The notes under the pieces are model-generated. The model had not been told where the DNA came from and searched no databases. It saw nothing but the letters and a program-made list of their open reading frames with translations. Shown in pieces: positions 1 to 9,728 of a DNA stretch of 64,000 nucleotides. The stretch's first letter is position 1. The number at the start of each line of letters is the position of its first letter. The DNA is from a virus. The stretch covers positions 32,001 to 96,000 of IMG/VR virus record IMGVR_UViG_3300018080_000121; one strand, 5' to 3'. The translations under genes and the position numbers were made by a program.

Positions 1-2
1 TG

Positions 3-146
3 AAAAGTTATAAAGATAAGAAGTTTCGTACCAAAGATGCTGAGATTTTGTACTACGAAGATGAGAACTTTAGAAAAGCATTTGACGAAGCAACACAAGA
101 AGCAATTCAAACGGAGATCATACAAAAATATAATCCTAAACTCTAA
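3..146 (+). CDS. 3' end of a gene truncated by the window start (unknown product)
   Basis: Open frame from nt 3 (KSYKDKKFRTKDAEILYYEDENFRKAFDEATQEAIQTEIIQKYNPKL) to TAA at 144-146; not in the ORF track. Confidence 0.6.
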   Translation, partial: KSYKDKKFRTKDAEILYYEDENFRKAFDEATQEAIQTEIIQKYNPKL

Positions 147-183
147 CTAGATTTCTCCAAGTTTCCCTCTAACAAGCGTATGA

Positions 184-195
184 TTTTAGAACAAA
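184..195 (+). promoter_or_regulatory. Candidate phage promoter motif TTTTAGAACAAA (copy 1)
   Basis: Identical 12-mer at 9729-9740; both copies are intergenic and precede runs of virion-module genes. Confidence 0.45.
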
Positions 196-238
196 TTACA
201 AAATTGAATTACGCTAACAATTTGAAGGGGGAAATGTT

Positions 239-538
239 ATGAAGCAGATGTCAGACTTGCTGCGCGATTATGTTGAAGATACCGTTAAACGACTTGTGGA
301 CAACCCAAACGAAGTCTCGATTTTTATTACCGTATCTACAAAATCAGTGATTGTACAAATAAAGAGTAAACAAGAAGATCTGGGAAAAATCATTGGTAAG
401 AAAGGTAGAACCATTGATGCTCTTAAGATCATAACATTAGCAATAAAAAACACACATTTTCCACGAGATACGCGGCGTGTGTCGTTGGAAATAATTGAGG
501 ATGAAAACTCAAATTTTATGGATCTAAATAAAGGCTAG
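239..538 (+). CDS. khpA: KhpA/YlqC-like KH-domain RNA-binding protein
   Basis: LVDNPNEV and EDLGKIIGKKGRTIDALK (KH GxxG loop) match the KhpA family; size ~99 aa fits. Confidence 0.85.
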   Translation: MKQMSDLLRDYVEDTVKRLVDNPNEVSIFITVSTKSVIVQIKSKQEDLGKIIGKKGRTIDALKIITLAIKNTHFPRDTRRVSLEIIEDENSNFMDLNKG

Positions 539-566
539 GTAAATTGATATAAGGAGGACTTTCACG

Positions 567-1130
567 ATGTTACAGAAAGAAAGTAAGATCAGAGTTCTTG
601 AGAACTTTTACTCACTGGACTATGTTTTCTTTGGAAAACCAGTAAAGAAAATGCAGGCCTGTTGTCCATCTCTGATCGAAGATTACATTACAGTTAAAGG
701 TGCATTGATGTCCTTAATGATTGAAATGTATAAACTGATAGATCATAAACCTGAAGCGATTGACGGTGTAGTCACGTCTGAAGGTTTAGCTGAGACAGCA
801 AGAGAAAATGCTAAAATTGCCCGAGAAAACGCACACCACTTAGTTCATTCCGACAAAGGTCGACAAGACATTAAAGAAGAACTAAGGAATAGTATTACCG
901 AAGATAGTGATATCAACATCGAAGAAGAGGTAAAAGACAAAATTAGAGAAAAAGCTTTCTCTCTCGCAATCGACAATATTCTCATTGGTAGAGCAGTCAC
1001 CGAATCTGATCAAATTGAAGTACTCAATGATTGGGAAGGGAAGATTGTAGAGGACGCCTATAAGGTTCTAAGAGATAGCTTGGTAGAAAGTGCTATGTTT
1101 GTCTTAGAAGCGGATGAACTCCTTGAATAA
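567..1130 (+). CDS. Hypothetical acidic helical protein (possible virion/head protein)
   Basis: 187-aa ORF with AAGGAGG RBS; no recognisable motif. Confidence 0.7.
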   Translation: MLQKESKIRVLENFYSLDYVFFGKPVKKMQACCPSLIEDYITVKGALMSLMIEMYKLIDHKPEAIDGVVTSEGLAETARENAKIARENAHHLVHSDKGRQDIKEELRNSITEDSDINIEEEVKDKIREKAFSLAIDNILIGRAVTESDQIEVLNDWEGKIVEDAYKVLRDSLVESAMFVLEADELLE

Positions 1131-2019
1131 TGATTATGGAGAACTTGTAAAATATCTCGAGTCACAATTACCGACAGAAAAGGAGATTCCTGATGAATCT
1201 CCTGAACAAGTTTCTGACAATACTCAGAAATTAATCCGAGAATCTTTTGAGGATATACATTCGGATGTCCAGATGGGTACACCGAATGTTACCTCAAAGG
1301 GTTTCGATGTAGGTCGTTTCGAATCTCTTATGAGAGCTCAATTAGTCGGCGACCATAAAAAGATTCAGACCTATGAAAGACCTTATATATCAGTTACCGA
1401 GTTGATTTCTTGTATACGTAAGAGTTATTACAGTCGAATGAAATATCAAATCGACGTTGCACAACAATACTCATTTGCGTATCTATATTTGATCAATAAA
1501 GTCGGGAACGCGGTACATGACGTAATTCAATCTTTATATGATCATACAGAGATTGAAAAAACTATTGTCAGTGAGAAGTTTAAGGTAAAAGGTAGAGTCG
1601 ATGGCATTCGAGACAATTTTCTACTTGAGTACAAAACAATAGATGAGCGAAAATTTAAAGGTGCGTATTTACCAAGTCATTATCATCAAGGACTAATTTA
1701 TGCGTATATATTGAATACTGAGTATGGCTATAACATTGATACAATAACAATAGTCTATATAGTTAGATCACTCAAACGAGTTGTCCCCTTTGACCTACCT
1801 CTCAAAGATGACCTTTCTGTCGACTTCTTAAAAAGGTCTCTTATCCTTCATTCATGTCTTACTGACCAGATAGTTCCAGATCCGATTGGTGCAGATAAGG
1901 AGCAGTGTACGTATTGCTCTTATAAAAAATACTGTAAGAAAGATCATACTGAGATGCTAAGACCGTTTGCACAGACGGCAAAGAAAAACATGAAGCCGAA
2001 GACAGCGTTCTTGTTGTAA
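1114..2019 (+). CDS. Cas4-like PD-(D/E)XK exonuclease
   Basis: ISVTELISC..RK, GNAVH, GRVDG..LLEYKT, Q-x3-Y (HQGLIY), C-terminal CTYCSYKKYC Fe-S motif. Confidence 0.8.
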   Translation: MNSLNNDYGELVKYLESQLPTEKEIPDESPEQVSDNTQKLIRESFEDIHSDVQMGTPNVTSKGFDVGRFESLMRAQLVGDHKKIQTYERPYISVTELISCIRKSYYSRMKYQIDVAQQYSFAYLYLINKVGNAVHDVIQSLYDHTEIEKTIVSEKFKVKGRVDGIRDNFLLEYKTIDERKFKGAYLPSHYHQGLIYAYILNTEYGYNIDTITIVYIVRSLKRVVPFDLPLKDDLSVDFLKRSLILHSCLTDQIVPDPIGADKEQCTYCSYKKYCKKDHTEMLRPFAQTAKKNMKPKTAFLL

Positions 2020-2034
2020 TATTGGAGGAACAAC

Positions 2035-3846
2035 ATGATAGTTATTTACCCTATGATAGTTTCGAAGTCGGTTAATCCTAATGTTCTTCCTGGTGTATGT
2101 AAAGCGCTGGAAAAATACCTTATTGTTAACAAGATGGATAAGATTGTTGATAATGTAAATAAACAAGCTGGTTCAAAGAAGGAAGTTATTAAGTTAGCAA
2201 AAGGTAAACTGACTATGGAGTCAGTAGAAGAGATCCAGGAAGATAGACCTAAAGGTTCAACTGTTGGAAAAAAAGGGACAACGGCAACAGGAACTAGAGG
2301 TCAAAGTAGTGTTGGGGCAGGATTACCAGGAACTTCATCTGGGCAACGTGCAGGTGGGCGAACTGTTTCTGCACAAGCTGATGCCGAGGGTGGTAAAGGC
2401 GGAATGGCTTGGTCTGCTGGTGGAGCAGGTGGTACAGGACATGGGGGTCTTGCTATAGCTGTAGCACCAACTCCTGAAAAACCAAAAGAGAGACCACCAG
2501 AAGCTAGAGCTACAGCAAGGTTTGATACAAAAATTGATAGTAGAGCTATTACCGTAGAACCTACGACAATTTCAATTGACACTGTTAAAGGTACTCTATA
2601 TCTTGGTATCAAAGTTGTTCCTTATATTGTAAACAATGATACATCACTAATACGTTTGTTAATGAACGATAGATATAGAAGCAAAGCAAGCGCCAACGTT
2701 CAATGGCAAACAAGACGAATTCTTAAAATGATGTGGGGGTTCGCAAATAGGTTCTGGAAGTATACAGTTGGTTTGTTCCATCAAACTGGTCTAGTAGGGC
2801 AAGAGTTATACACGGGAACTCTTACAGGTGATTGGAAAAAAGATGTAATCATTGGAACAACAAAATTTGATAAAAATTTATTCATTCTTGTAAATCAAAC
2901 AGATTTAAAGAGTGACTTTTTATATGATGCAAGTAAAGTTAAGAGATTGTTTAAATTAATGTGGCCATCTCTCATGGTTGCAGATGAAGTTAATCAGAGA
3001 ATGCACTTTTGTATGGACGAATATAAAGGAATGTGTTCAGTAGTTAACTATGGATATTTGTATGCCCTTAGTAGAGAGACGGTACAAGCGTATGAAAAAA
3101 TTACTGATGTACAGAGGTCCGCAGCCTCAGTATTTCGGATGAAGGGGAGATTAACTAACATGATACGCGATGACATTGCATACGATAAATATCTTAAGTA
3201 TTCAAGGGTCAATTTGGTATCAGAATCCGTGGGGTCGCCCATAGTTTCTCGTGTTATGAAAGATATCAAATCTGCGCCAAAGAAGTACAAACAAATATTT
3301 AATGATATGTTGAAAGCGTCACAAAGAAGAGACATGAAAGGTTTGATGTCTTCTGCAAATAAATTAGGAAAGTTTACAATTGATTTTGCTTCACTACAAC
3401 CTATAATGAGAGCTGTTGATGGAAATTACGACAGGGTGTATAAATTTACAGATAAAGTATTTGCAAATTCACTACCCGAAATTCCTTCAGCGCTTCGAAG
3501 TGCAGGTGCTTCATTTCTTGCATTTGCTTCACTTGGAGCAGACAACCCAATGTCTGAAGTTAAAAAGAACATTAAGAAGGTTGTAGTTGATACAAGAAAG
3601 AGTATGAAAAAGAAAGTTGGGGATGAAGATTTTGATAGAGAGATGATGTATGCTTTTGTATTTGGTATTATTTCTACAGGTATTGTAGCTGCAGCCGCTG
3701 TAGCTATTATTCCACCTGTTGTATCATTTGTTGCATCGATTACAGGTACTATAAGCTGGATTGTAACAATTGCTGTTCTTGCAATTGCGTCAGTGACAGT
3801 ATTGAGTATCTTCCAATCTCTTGGTTTTATTCCAGGAGGTAAATAA
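2035..3846 (+). CDS. Hypothetical protein with Gly/Ala/Thr-rich linker and two C-terminal hydrophobic helices
   Basis: 603-aa ORF with GGAGG RBS; low-complexity segment near aa 70-145; hydrophobic C-terminal ~60 aa. Confidence 0.7.
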   Translation: MIVIYPMIVSKSVNPNVLPGVCKALEKYLIVNKMDKIVDNVNKQAGSKKEVIKLAKGKLTMESVEEIQEDRPKGSTVGKKGTTATGTRGQSSVGAGLPGTSSGQRAGGRTVSAQADAEGGKGGMAWSAGGAGGTGHGGLAIAVAPTPEKPKERPPEARATARFDTKIDSRAITVEPTTISIDTVKGTLYLGIKVVPYIVNNDTSLIRLLMNDRYRSKASANVQWQTRRILKMMWGFANRFWKYTVGLFHQTGLVGQELYTGTLTGDWKKDVIIGTTKFDKNLFILVNQTDLKSDFLYDASKVKRLFKLMWPSLMVADEVNQRMHFCMDEYKGMCSVVNYGYLYALSRETVQAYEKITDVQRSAASVFRMKGRLTNMIRDDIAYDKYLKYSRVNLVSESVGSPIVSRVMKDIKSAPKKYKQIFNDMLKASQRRDMKGLMSSANKLGKFTIDFASLQPIMRAVDGNYDRVYKFTDKVFANSLPEIPSALRSAGASFLAFASLGADNPMSEVKKNIKKVVVDTRKSMKKKVGDEDFDREMMYAFVFGIISTGIVAAAAVAIIPPVVSFVASITGTISWIVTIAVLAIASVTVLSIFQSLGFIPGGK

Positions 3847-4445
3847 TGGATGAATTAAAAGTTAATGTAGAAGGTTTAGAGTTGTATAGTGATCAATATC
3901 CTTTTCGTCTTCCCCTTCGGATTAGGACTTTTGAGAGCGAAGCTGACTACATGAAATTCATTCGTAATGTTGAGAGGCATGTTAGAAATAGTATAGAATA
4001 TAGATTGTGGAAGAATTATATCATTGATGTTCTTGGTGTGACTTGTTGCATGGTCACTGAAGAAAGAATGGATCAATGTTCTGTAGAAGTTCACCATCAT
4101 GTTCCTTCATTATTTGTTTTGGTAAAGGCGTTGGTAAATGAAAAAATTGAAAAAGAAGAAGAGTTTTCTTCATTTGATATTGCATTAGACGCAATTGAAA
4201 TACACTTTCAAAATCAAGTGGGTTATGTAACTCTTGTAAAGAGTATACATGAAAAATTTCATAATGGATTTCTAAAAATCCCAAGTTCCCTTATAAGGGG
4301 AAACTATCAAGCGTTTATGGAGTCTTATGTAAAATATCTAGATGATGAAGATCTTGATGTTATTAATAATCGACTCGCTGTAAATGAAGGTAATTGCGGA
4401 TGGGGTAGAGACAACTATCCTGCACTTCAAAAAGGTTCTTCATAA
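3846..4445 (+). CDS. Hypothetical protein with HNH-like His/Cys pattern
   Basis: CCMVT..EVHHH..P..KSIHEKFH resembles a beta-beta-alpha-metal motif. Confidence 0.5.
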   Translation: MDELKVNVEGLELYSDQYPFRLPLRIRTFESEADYMKFIRNVERHVRNSIEYRLWKNYIIDVLGVTCCMVTEERMDQCSVEVHHHVPSLFVLVKALVNEKIEKEEEFSSFDIALDAIEIHFQNQVGYVTLVKSIHEKFHNGFLKIPSSLIRGNYQAFMESYVKYLDDEDLDVINNRLAVNEGNCGWGRDNYPALQKGSS

Positions 4446-4457
4446 TAGAGGAAATTT

Positions 4458-4856
4458 ATGCCGTTCACAATTGATACAGAGAGCAATCAAAATCAAGCTC
4501 TATCTCTTGACTTAGATTATATGTCTGAGAGATATCTTACTGAGACTGGTTTGTTTTCTTTTCCATCACCTAGTCTATGGGTATTAGAACAGAACTTATA
4601 TTTCTTACTTAGAAATTCAACAAAGAAAACATTTGAGTCAAAATATGAGATGCGTCCAGATTATCTATCATATGATGAATATGGAACTGTTGTTCTGGCT
4701 CCTTTATTAATGTATGTGAATGGAATTTTTACAATTGAAGATTTTACAATGAATGAGGTTGTGATTCCTAGTTTTTCTTATATACTGGAGATTGTGGAGG
4801 ACCGTTTTATTTCAAAAGATAAACCTGAATCTGAGTTAGAAGCAGTCGATTGGTAA
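4458..4856 (+). CDS. Baseplate wedge protein, T4 gp53-like/LysM-like
   Basis: YEMRPDYLSYDEYGTVVLAPLLMYVNGI matches the RPDxlSy.lYG..lww.il..N.I pattern; lies two genes upstream of the gp5-like spike. Confidence 0.65.
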   Translation: MPFTIDTESNQNQALSLDLDYMSERYLTETGLFSFPSPSLWVLEQNLYFLLRNSTKKTFESKYEMRPDYLSYDEYGTVVLAPLLMYVNGIFTIEDFTMNEVVIPSFSYILEIVEDRFISKDKPESELEAVDW

Positions 4857-4869
4857 CATTGGGGGACAG

Positions 4870-5754
4870 ATGATAATATTAGATAAGTTTACACTTTTAA
4901 AAGATGTACCTAATGTCCTTCATTTGTCAGAAAATGTACTTAAAGCGAACTCTGTAAGAAATGCAAATGATACAGTAAAATCAATTATGGGTATCATGGA
5001 AAAAAGAATTACACACTTTGCTACGAAGCCTGTCTTTAAGTATGTTAAAAAAGGTAAGTTCCATATTGTATACACACCTAGTTATAATCTTCCTGTTTCT
5101 TACAATATTCCAACCAAAGGAATTGTGATCAATTTAGCTTCGTTTAATGTAAGAGATGTGACTCCTACAAATCCAAGTCCTCGAGATTTATATGCATGCT
5201 TTGCGTATGGAATTTGTTTTATGAAGATGGTCACAGGAAAAGCTAAATTTCCCGACAAATTCTCTTCTGTAATTTCAACATATTTAATGACTGTATTTTT
5301 TAGAATCTTTGGAAAAGAATATGGTCTCCTTGGACGCTACTCCACCCAAATACCCAAGCTCAAATTTCTAACTTCGTGTTATATCAATGCGTCATTCTTT
5401 GGAATTAAAGGAGATTCAAATTATAGAAGAGCTAGTATGGAGACAGGTATAGATTATAGAGATGTAAAATCACAACTGGATAAGTTTAAATTTGATAACA
5501 TTGATGACTTTATCAACGCGTTGTCAGACTTTAAAGTATTTCCTGGTATTTCTAAGTATCATTTTACATCAAAACTCTTAAAGATGTTAACTATTAATTT
5601 TCTTCCAGCTATAGAAGATTGTTCTAGATTTACATCTGTTCTGACAGCATCTAGTGTTCCAGGAGTGACATTTATACCTTCAGCTTTGATAAGATACAAT
5701 GAAGATGAATTTGACAAGGTAATGAAAATTTCTCAGACAATATTTAGTAGGTGA
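4870..5754 (+). CDS. Hypothetical protein (probable virion structural)
   Basis: 294-aa ORF between the wedge-like and spike genes. Confidence 0.6.
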   Translation: MIILDKFTLLKDVPNVLHLSENVLKANSVRNANDTVKSIMGIMEKRITHFATKPVFKYVKKGKFHIVYTPSYNLPVSYNIPTKGIVINLASFNVRDVTPTNPSPRDLYACFAYGICFMKMVTGKAKFPDKFSSVISTYLMTVFFRIFGKEYGLLGRYSTQIPKLKFLTSCYINASFFGIKGDSNYRRASMETGIDYRDVKSQLDKFKFDNIDDFINALSDFKVFPGISKYHFTSKLLKMLTINFLPAIEDCSRFTSVLTASSVPGVTFIPSALIRYNEDEFDKVMKISQTIFSR

Positions 5755-5758
5755 AATA

Positions 5759-6643
5759 ATGGATTCTTCGAATAGACTTCTTGGCTTTTATAGGGCAAAA
5801 GTGGTGAACAATAGGGATCCAGAAAAACAGGGTCGAGTAATTGTATGGATTCCTGCTATTATGCCTGAGGTTGAAGACACGAAAGGACTATGGGCAAGAC
5901 CTGGAAATAATCCTGTGGGCGGGAGGAATATGCAAGGAGATTCCGCTCATCATAATATGGGAACATGTTATGTCCCACAAGTGGGTAGTTGGGTTTTTGT
6001 ATTTTTTGAAGCCGGAAATATTGATTCGCCATACTATTTTGGTTCTCTTGATATTGGAAATACAAAATCATTACCTGAATGTCAAGACGCAGAATATTGG
6101 AATAAATGGGTTGTGTTTAAAAGTCCACAAGGTCGGTGTGTAGTTATTTCTGATGACCCAAATGATGAAAGAATTGAAATTACAGGAAAGAAAAGACAGA
6201 TTTCAGAACCACCAACTGGAGATGTTCCTTCAGTCTACAATATAGATGATAATCAAACGACTATTTTACTTGATGAAAAATCAGGTCGAGAAAAACTCTT
6301 AATCAGGACGTATAAGGGTGATTTCATTCATATTGATATAGACTCTCAAAAGTTACAATGTTTCTTTGAAGGTGATATTGTGATTGAGAGTGGAGGAAGC
6401 ATTCATATTACTGCTGAAAAGGACGTAAAAGTAAAAGCAGGAATGAATATGCACCTACAATCTGTTCAAGCTATGCATCAAAAGAGTGGAATGAATACGC
6501 ATCATGAATCTGGGGCAGAACATCATACAAAAGTAGCCGGTACTATCAATCGAGATGGGGCGTCAATAAGTGATAACGGCGGGGCAGCTCAACAAGCTGT
6601 TGAACCAAATCCAGACCTTCCAGTAGGTGAAAGGAGCACATAA
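5759..6643 (+). CDS. Baseplate hub/central spike, gp5/VgrG-like (OB fold plus beta-helix repeats)
   Basis: YRAKVVNNRDPEKQGRVIVWIP..WARP..VPQVGSWVFVFFEAGNIDSPYYFG; C-terminal IxIxSGGSIHITA-type repeats. Confidence 0.85.
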   Translation: MDSSNRLLGFYRAKVVNNRDPEKQGRVIVWIPAIMPEVEDTKGLWARPGNNPVGGRNMQGDSAHHNMGTCYVPQVGSWVFVFFEAGNIDSPYYFGSLDIGNTKSLPECQDAEYWNKWVVFKSPQGRCVVISDDPNDERIEITGKKRQISEPPTGDVPSVYNIDDNQTTILLDEKSGREKLLIRTYKGDFIHIDIDSQKLQCFFEGDIVIESGGSIHITAEKDVKVKAGMNMHLQSVQAMHQKSGMNTHHESGAEHHTKVAGTINRDGASISDNGGAAQQAVEPNPDLPVGERST

Positions 6644-7608
6644 TGTCTTTATTACCAATACCAGACTTACCACAAGCTCCTGAGCTTCCTGGTGTACCTG
6701 ATGTGGGTGATATTATTGACGGTGCTGTTGATCAGATTCCTGGAATTTCAGATGTTGTTGGGGACATTGATTGCAACCCTCAAAAGTCATTATGTGATAA
6801 ATTTAATAACCAACTAGATGATGCGATAAAGCAAATTGAGAATTTTAGTAATATCTTTCGAGATAAACTCGGTAGAGTCCAAGATAAACTTGAGTCTTTC
6901 AAACTAGATATTCCAAGTACAGAAATTGATGATCTATCAAAAACTATGGAAGATGAAGCCGCTGCTGCCCTCCCGGACATTGATCCTTGCGATCCAGCAG
7001 AAATTTTAAAGACTCTAGAAAATTGTGGATTGGCGTTTCCCAGTCTTGCTTCTCCAAAACAAATGGAGAAGGATATGAGAGATTGGATGAGTTTTAAATT
7101 GAAAAATATATTTGGGGATTTTGAATTTCCAGACTTTGATTTTGCGATGCCAGATTTTCCAAGGTTACCATCATTCGAATTACCGGAATTTCAACTCCCA
7201 GAATTTTCTATATCTCTTGATTTTGATGGTTTAGATAACTTGTTAAGTAAGTGGAAATTTCCTGATCTTTTGGGGTCAATGGATGGACTTTTTAACTGCC
7301 TTGATTCTATTTGTAAAGACGTTGATTTGGACGATAAAATTACTAGAGTGAATAATAGTCTTAGTGGCATGGGAATTTCTGATAGTGGAACATTAGATAC
7401 AAAACAATTGATGGATAGTGTTGGTTTATCAGATCTCCATCAAGCTGGTGTTAATAAAGCAAAAAGTACAATGGCAGATCTAAAATCTGCTTATACAAGT
7501 GCAGCTGAAAATGGTGCAACTGCAGTTACTAATCAAACAAAAAATATGGTTGCTCAAACTACACAGCCCGCAGAAGGTGTTATTGCTAAATACAAGTCAT
7601 TGTTTTAG
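6643..7608 (+). CDS. Hypothetical acidic Pro/Asp-rich protein (tail-associated?)
   Basis: 321 aa directly after the spike gene; low-complexity (F/L)P(D/E)F repeats (DFEFPDFDFAMPDFPRLPSFELPEFQLPEF). Confidence 0.6.
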   Translation: MSLLPIPDLPQAPELPGVPDVGDIIDGAVDQIPGISDVVGDIDCNPQKSLCDKFNNQLDDAIKQIENFSNIFRDKLGRVQDKLESFKLDIPSTEIDDLSKTMEDEAAAALPDIDPCDPAEILKTLENCGLAFPSLASPKQMEKDMRDWMSFKLKNIFGDFEFPDFDFAMPDFPRLPSFELPEFQLPEFSISLDFDGLDNLLSKWKFPDLLGSMDGLFNCLDSICKDVDLDDKITRVNNSLSGMGISDSGTLDTKQLMDSVGLSDLHQAGVNKAKSTMADLKSAYTSAAENGATAVTNQTKNMVAQTTQPAEGVIAKYKSLF

Positions 7609-7613
7609 GAGTT

Positions 7614-8132
7614 ATGATGAAGATACCTTTAAAACCAAGTCTTCTTAAAATTCGAAGAAAGTCTCCAAGGTGGATTATCCTCCATCATACCGCAGAGATA
7701 TATGACGATCCTGCAGCAACAGTAGCAAATACAAAATTTCAAATACCTGCAATTGCAAAAGGAGTACTTGAGAAGAAACAAGGTGATGTAAATTATCACT
7801 ACATTGTAGATAAAATTGGTGAAGACTTTCAACCGATTGTATGTAGACCCTTTGTGTTTATGTGTGACTGGCCAGATATTAGACCTGATGTAAATAATGC
7901 CGCTGTTCATATTGCTGTATTAGGAAATTTTGATTTTAAAGTACCTGAAAAGAGATTGTATGAAATATTATGTTTTAGATTAATTAACCCCATGTTAAAA
8001 ATGTGGGGACTCTCTCCAAGCCGCGTCAAATTTCACAGAGACGTGTCAACGGATAAAGATCTTTCCTGTCCTGGCGACTTTATTGATATGGCTGTCGTCC
8101 AAGCGATGATAAGACGCTTTGTTATTAAGTAG
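7614..8132 (+). CDS. N-acetylmuramoyl-L-alanine amidase (Amidase_2/PGRP-like)
   Basis: IILHHTA, YHYIV, N..AVHIAVLGNF, FHRDV..CPG Zn-ligand pattern. Confidence 0.85.
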   Translation: MMKIPLKPSLLKIRRKSPRWIILHHTAEIYDDPAATVANTKFQIPAIAKGVLEKKQGDVNYHYIVDKIGEDFQPIVCRPFVFMCDWPDIRPDVNNAAVHIAVLGNFDFKVPEKRLYEILCFRLINPMLKMWGLSPSRVKFHRDVSTDKDLSCPGDFIDMAVVQAMIRRFVIK

Positions 8133-8170
8133 TCTGTTTCTCACCTGTTTGTTTCCATTATAGTAATTTC

Positions 8171-8184
8171 GATTATATATATAA
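8171..8184 (+). promoter_or_regulatory. AT-rich promoter-like motif GATTATATATATAA
   Basis: Intergenic; related to GATCTATATATATTAAT at 19914-19930; ~45 nt upstream of the AAAGGAG RBS of the 8229 ORF. Confidence 0.4.
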
Positions 8185-8228
8185 CCTTTATGAGTTTAAT
8201 GTTATATAAACCATGAAAGGAGATGTAT

Positions 8229-9680
8229 ATGCTGTCGTTTGAGAAAGAGAGTTTGAAAAAGTGGAACATGAAAATGGATGATAAACATGTCTTCACACTT
8301 AATTTAATGACCTCTTCTATCACAAATAAATTTAACATTGTTTCTGATTTTATCCAGAATGTGTCCAAAGTTATTGGTCAAGAATTTGATGATTGGTTCT
8401 TGGAATTTCTGACAAACTACAAAGCGAGAAAAGATTTTGCAACTATTGTTGAGAATATTGATAAATTAAAAGGTTTTGTTGATAAGTATATTGACGAAAG
8501 TGACCTTGACTTTTCTAAATTTGTAGATGTAAGTAAAGCAAAAAAAGGAACAATCCTTTTTATGCCTGATGAAATTGAAATGATTATTCGAGCTTCTGGT
8601 TATTTGAAATTGTATTCTGTGATTTCTAATAGTCAGGATATGCAGCTAAGCAGAAAGTTGCATGGTGAAGCTTATAATATGATCATTACGGACATTGTTA
8701 AGAGTGAAGTTGCAGCGAAAATTTTTAACGTTGTAAAAACCAAAACCTACAAATACAATATGACTGACAAGTATATGTGGGAATACATTAAAATGATTCA
8801 ATGTAAGTCAATAGACGTCCACACAGTTGAGATTTTTAACTTTATTATGAACTCCATTCTGGTTCTCTGTGAAGAGGACAAAAACCCAATTACATACTTT
8901 GTTGGAGTTGTTGACGAGTCTGTAAAATGGTTCTTGAGATCTGTATATAAGAAAACGGTCATTTATGACGACTCGATATCTACAGAAGATATTCATGGAA
9001 TGAACATTGACAATCTCAAGACGTATAGTTATAATGATACTCTTGGGAGACTCAAGGGAATCGCATATGAGAAGATTTACCAAGATTTGGATAAGTCGTC
9101 TATAATGTTAATTGATGAAGATAATGAATCTGATAAAAACATTACAGAATTCCAAAATAGAATTTTAGACGTCGAATTCATTTCTCCATTATGTGATTGT
9201 TTAGTATTTCCAATATTATCAAAGATGACAAACATTCCTTATACACATTTTACAACATTGTCACCTGAACATGCTACAATACTTTCATTGTATGTAAAAC
9301 GAATTTTGGAGAAAGTTTTTAAGAGTGAGTACCCGAATTTGTTTACGCTTCTGGAATATTTCCCAACTACTGCGCCTGCTATTGCAACTACATATAAAAT
9401 TAAAAATGTAAATGATGATGGTGGGTTCATTCAAATTCAAAATAACGTTGCGAATTTTTTTGGCTTTTCTACGAAGATTTTACCTTACAAAATTATGAGC
9501 TACTTTGTAGGTAGGAGTTCAAGAGTCAATTTCCAACATGTTTTGACTGGAAAGAAGTTGGGTGGTATCCCTCTTTCTAAAGTGGAGTCAGATGTAGTTA
9601 AATTTTATACTCTTTTCTTTTCTGGAGCTTTGGATGAAAAGATTGAAGAGATGAGAAACTACATGCAAGATGACTTCTAA
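8229..9680 (+). CDS. Hypothetical helical protein (~483 aa), stand-alone transcription unit
   Basis: ORF track 8223-9680; ATG at 8229 is 6 nt after AAAGGAG; flanked by a promoter-like motif and a terminator. Confidence 0.75.
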   Translation: MLSFEKESLKKWNMKMDDKHVFTLNLMTSSITNKFNIVSDFIQNVSKVIGQEFDDWFLEFLTNYKARKDFATIVENIDKLKGFVDKYIDESDLDFSKFVDVSKAKKGTILFMPDEIEMIIRASGYLKLYSVISNSQDMQLSRKLHGEAYNMIITDIVKSEVAAKIFNVVKTKTYKYNMTDKYMWEYIKMIQCKSIDVHTVEIFNFIMNSILVLCEEDKNPITYFVGVVDESVKWFLRSVYKKTVIYDDSISTEDIHGMNIDNLKTYSYNDTLGRLKGIAYEKIYQDLDKSSIMLIDEDNESDKNITEFQNRILDVEFISPLCDCLVFPILSKMTNIPYTHFTTLSPEHATILSLYVKRILEKVFKSEYPNLFTLLEYFPTTAPAIATTYKIKNVNDDGGFIQIQNNVANFFGFSTKILPYKIMSYFVGRSSRVNFQHVLTGKKLGGIPLSKVESDVVKFYTLFFSGALDEKIEEMRNYMQDDF

Positions 9681-9683
9681 AAT

Positions 9684-9718
9684 AATGGGTAGAGTCTTGT
9701 CGGGACTCTACCCATTTT
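9684..9718 (+). terminator. Intrinsic terminator-like hairpin
   Basis: 13-bp perfect stem AATGGGTAGAGTC / GACTCTACCCATT ending in a T run, immediately after the stop at 9680. Confidence 0.75.
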
Positions 9719-9728
9719 CCGTTGTTAA

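Noticed and set aside
3-146. RecA/UvsX C-terminus for the truncated first ORF
   Set aside because: Only 47 aa visible with no diagnostic motif.
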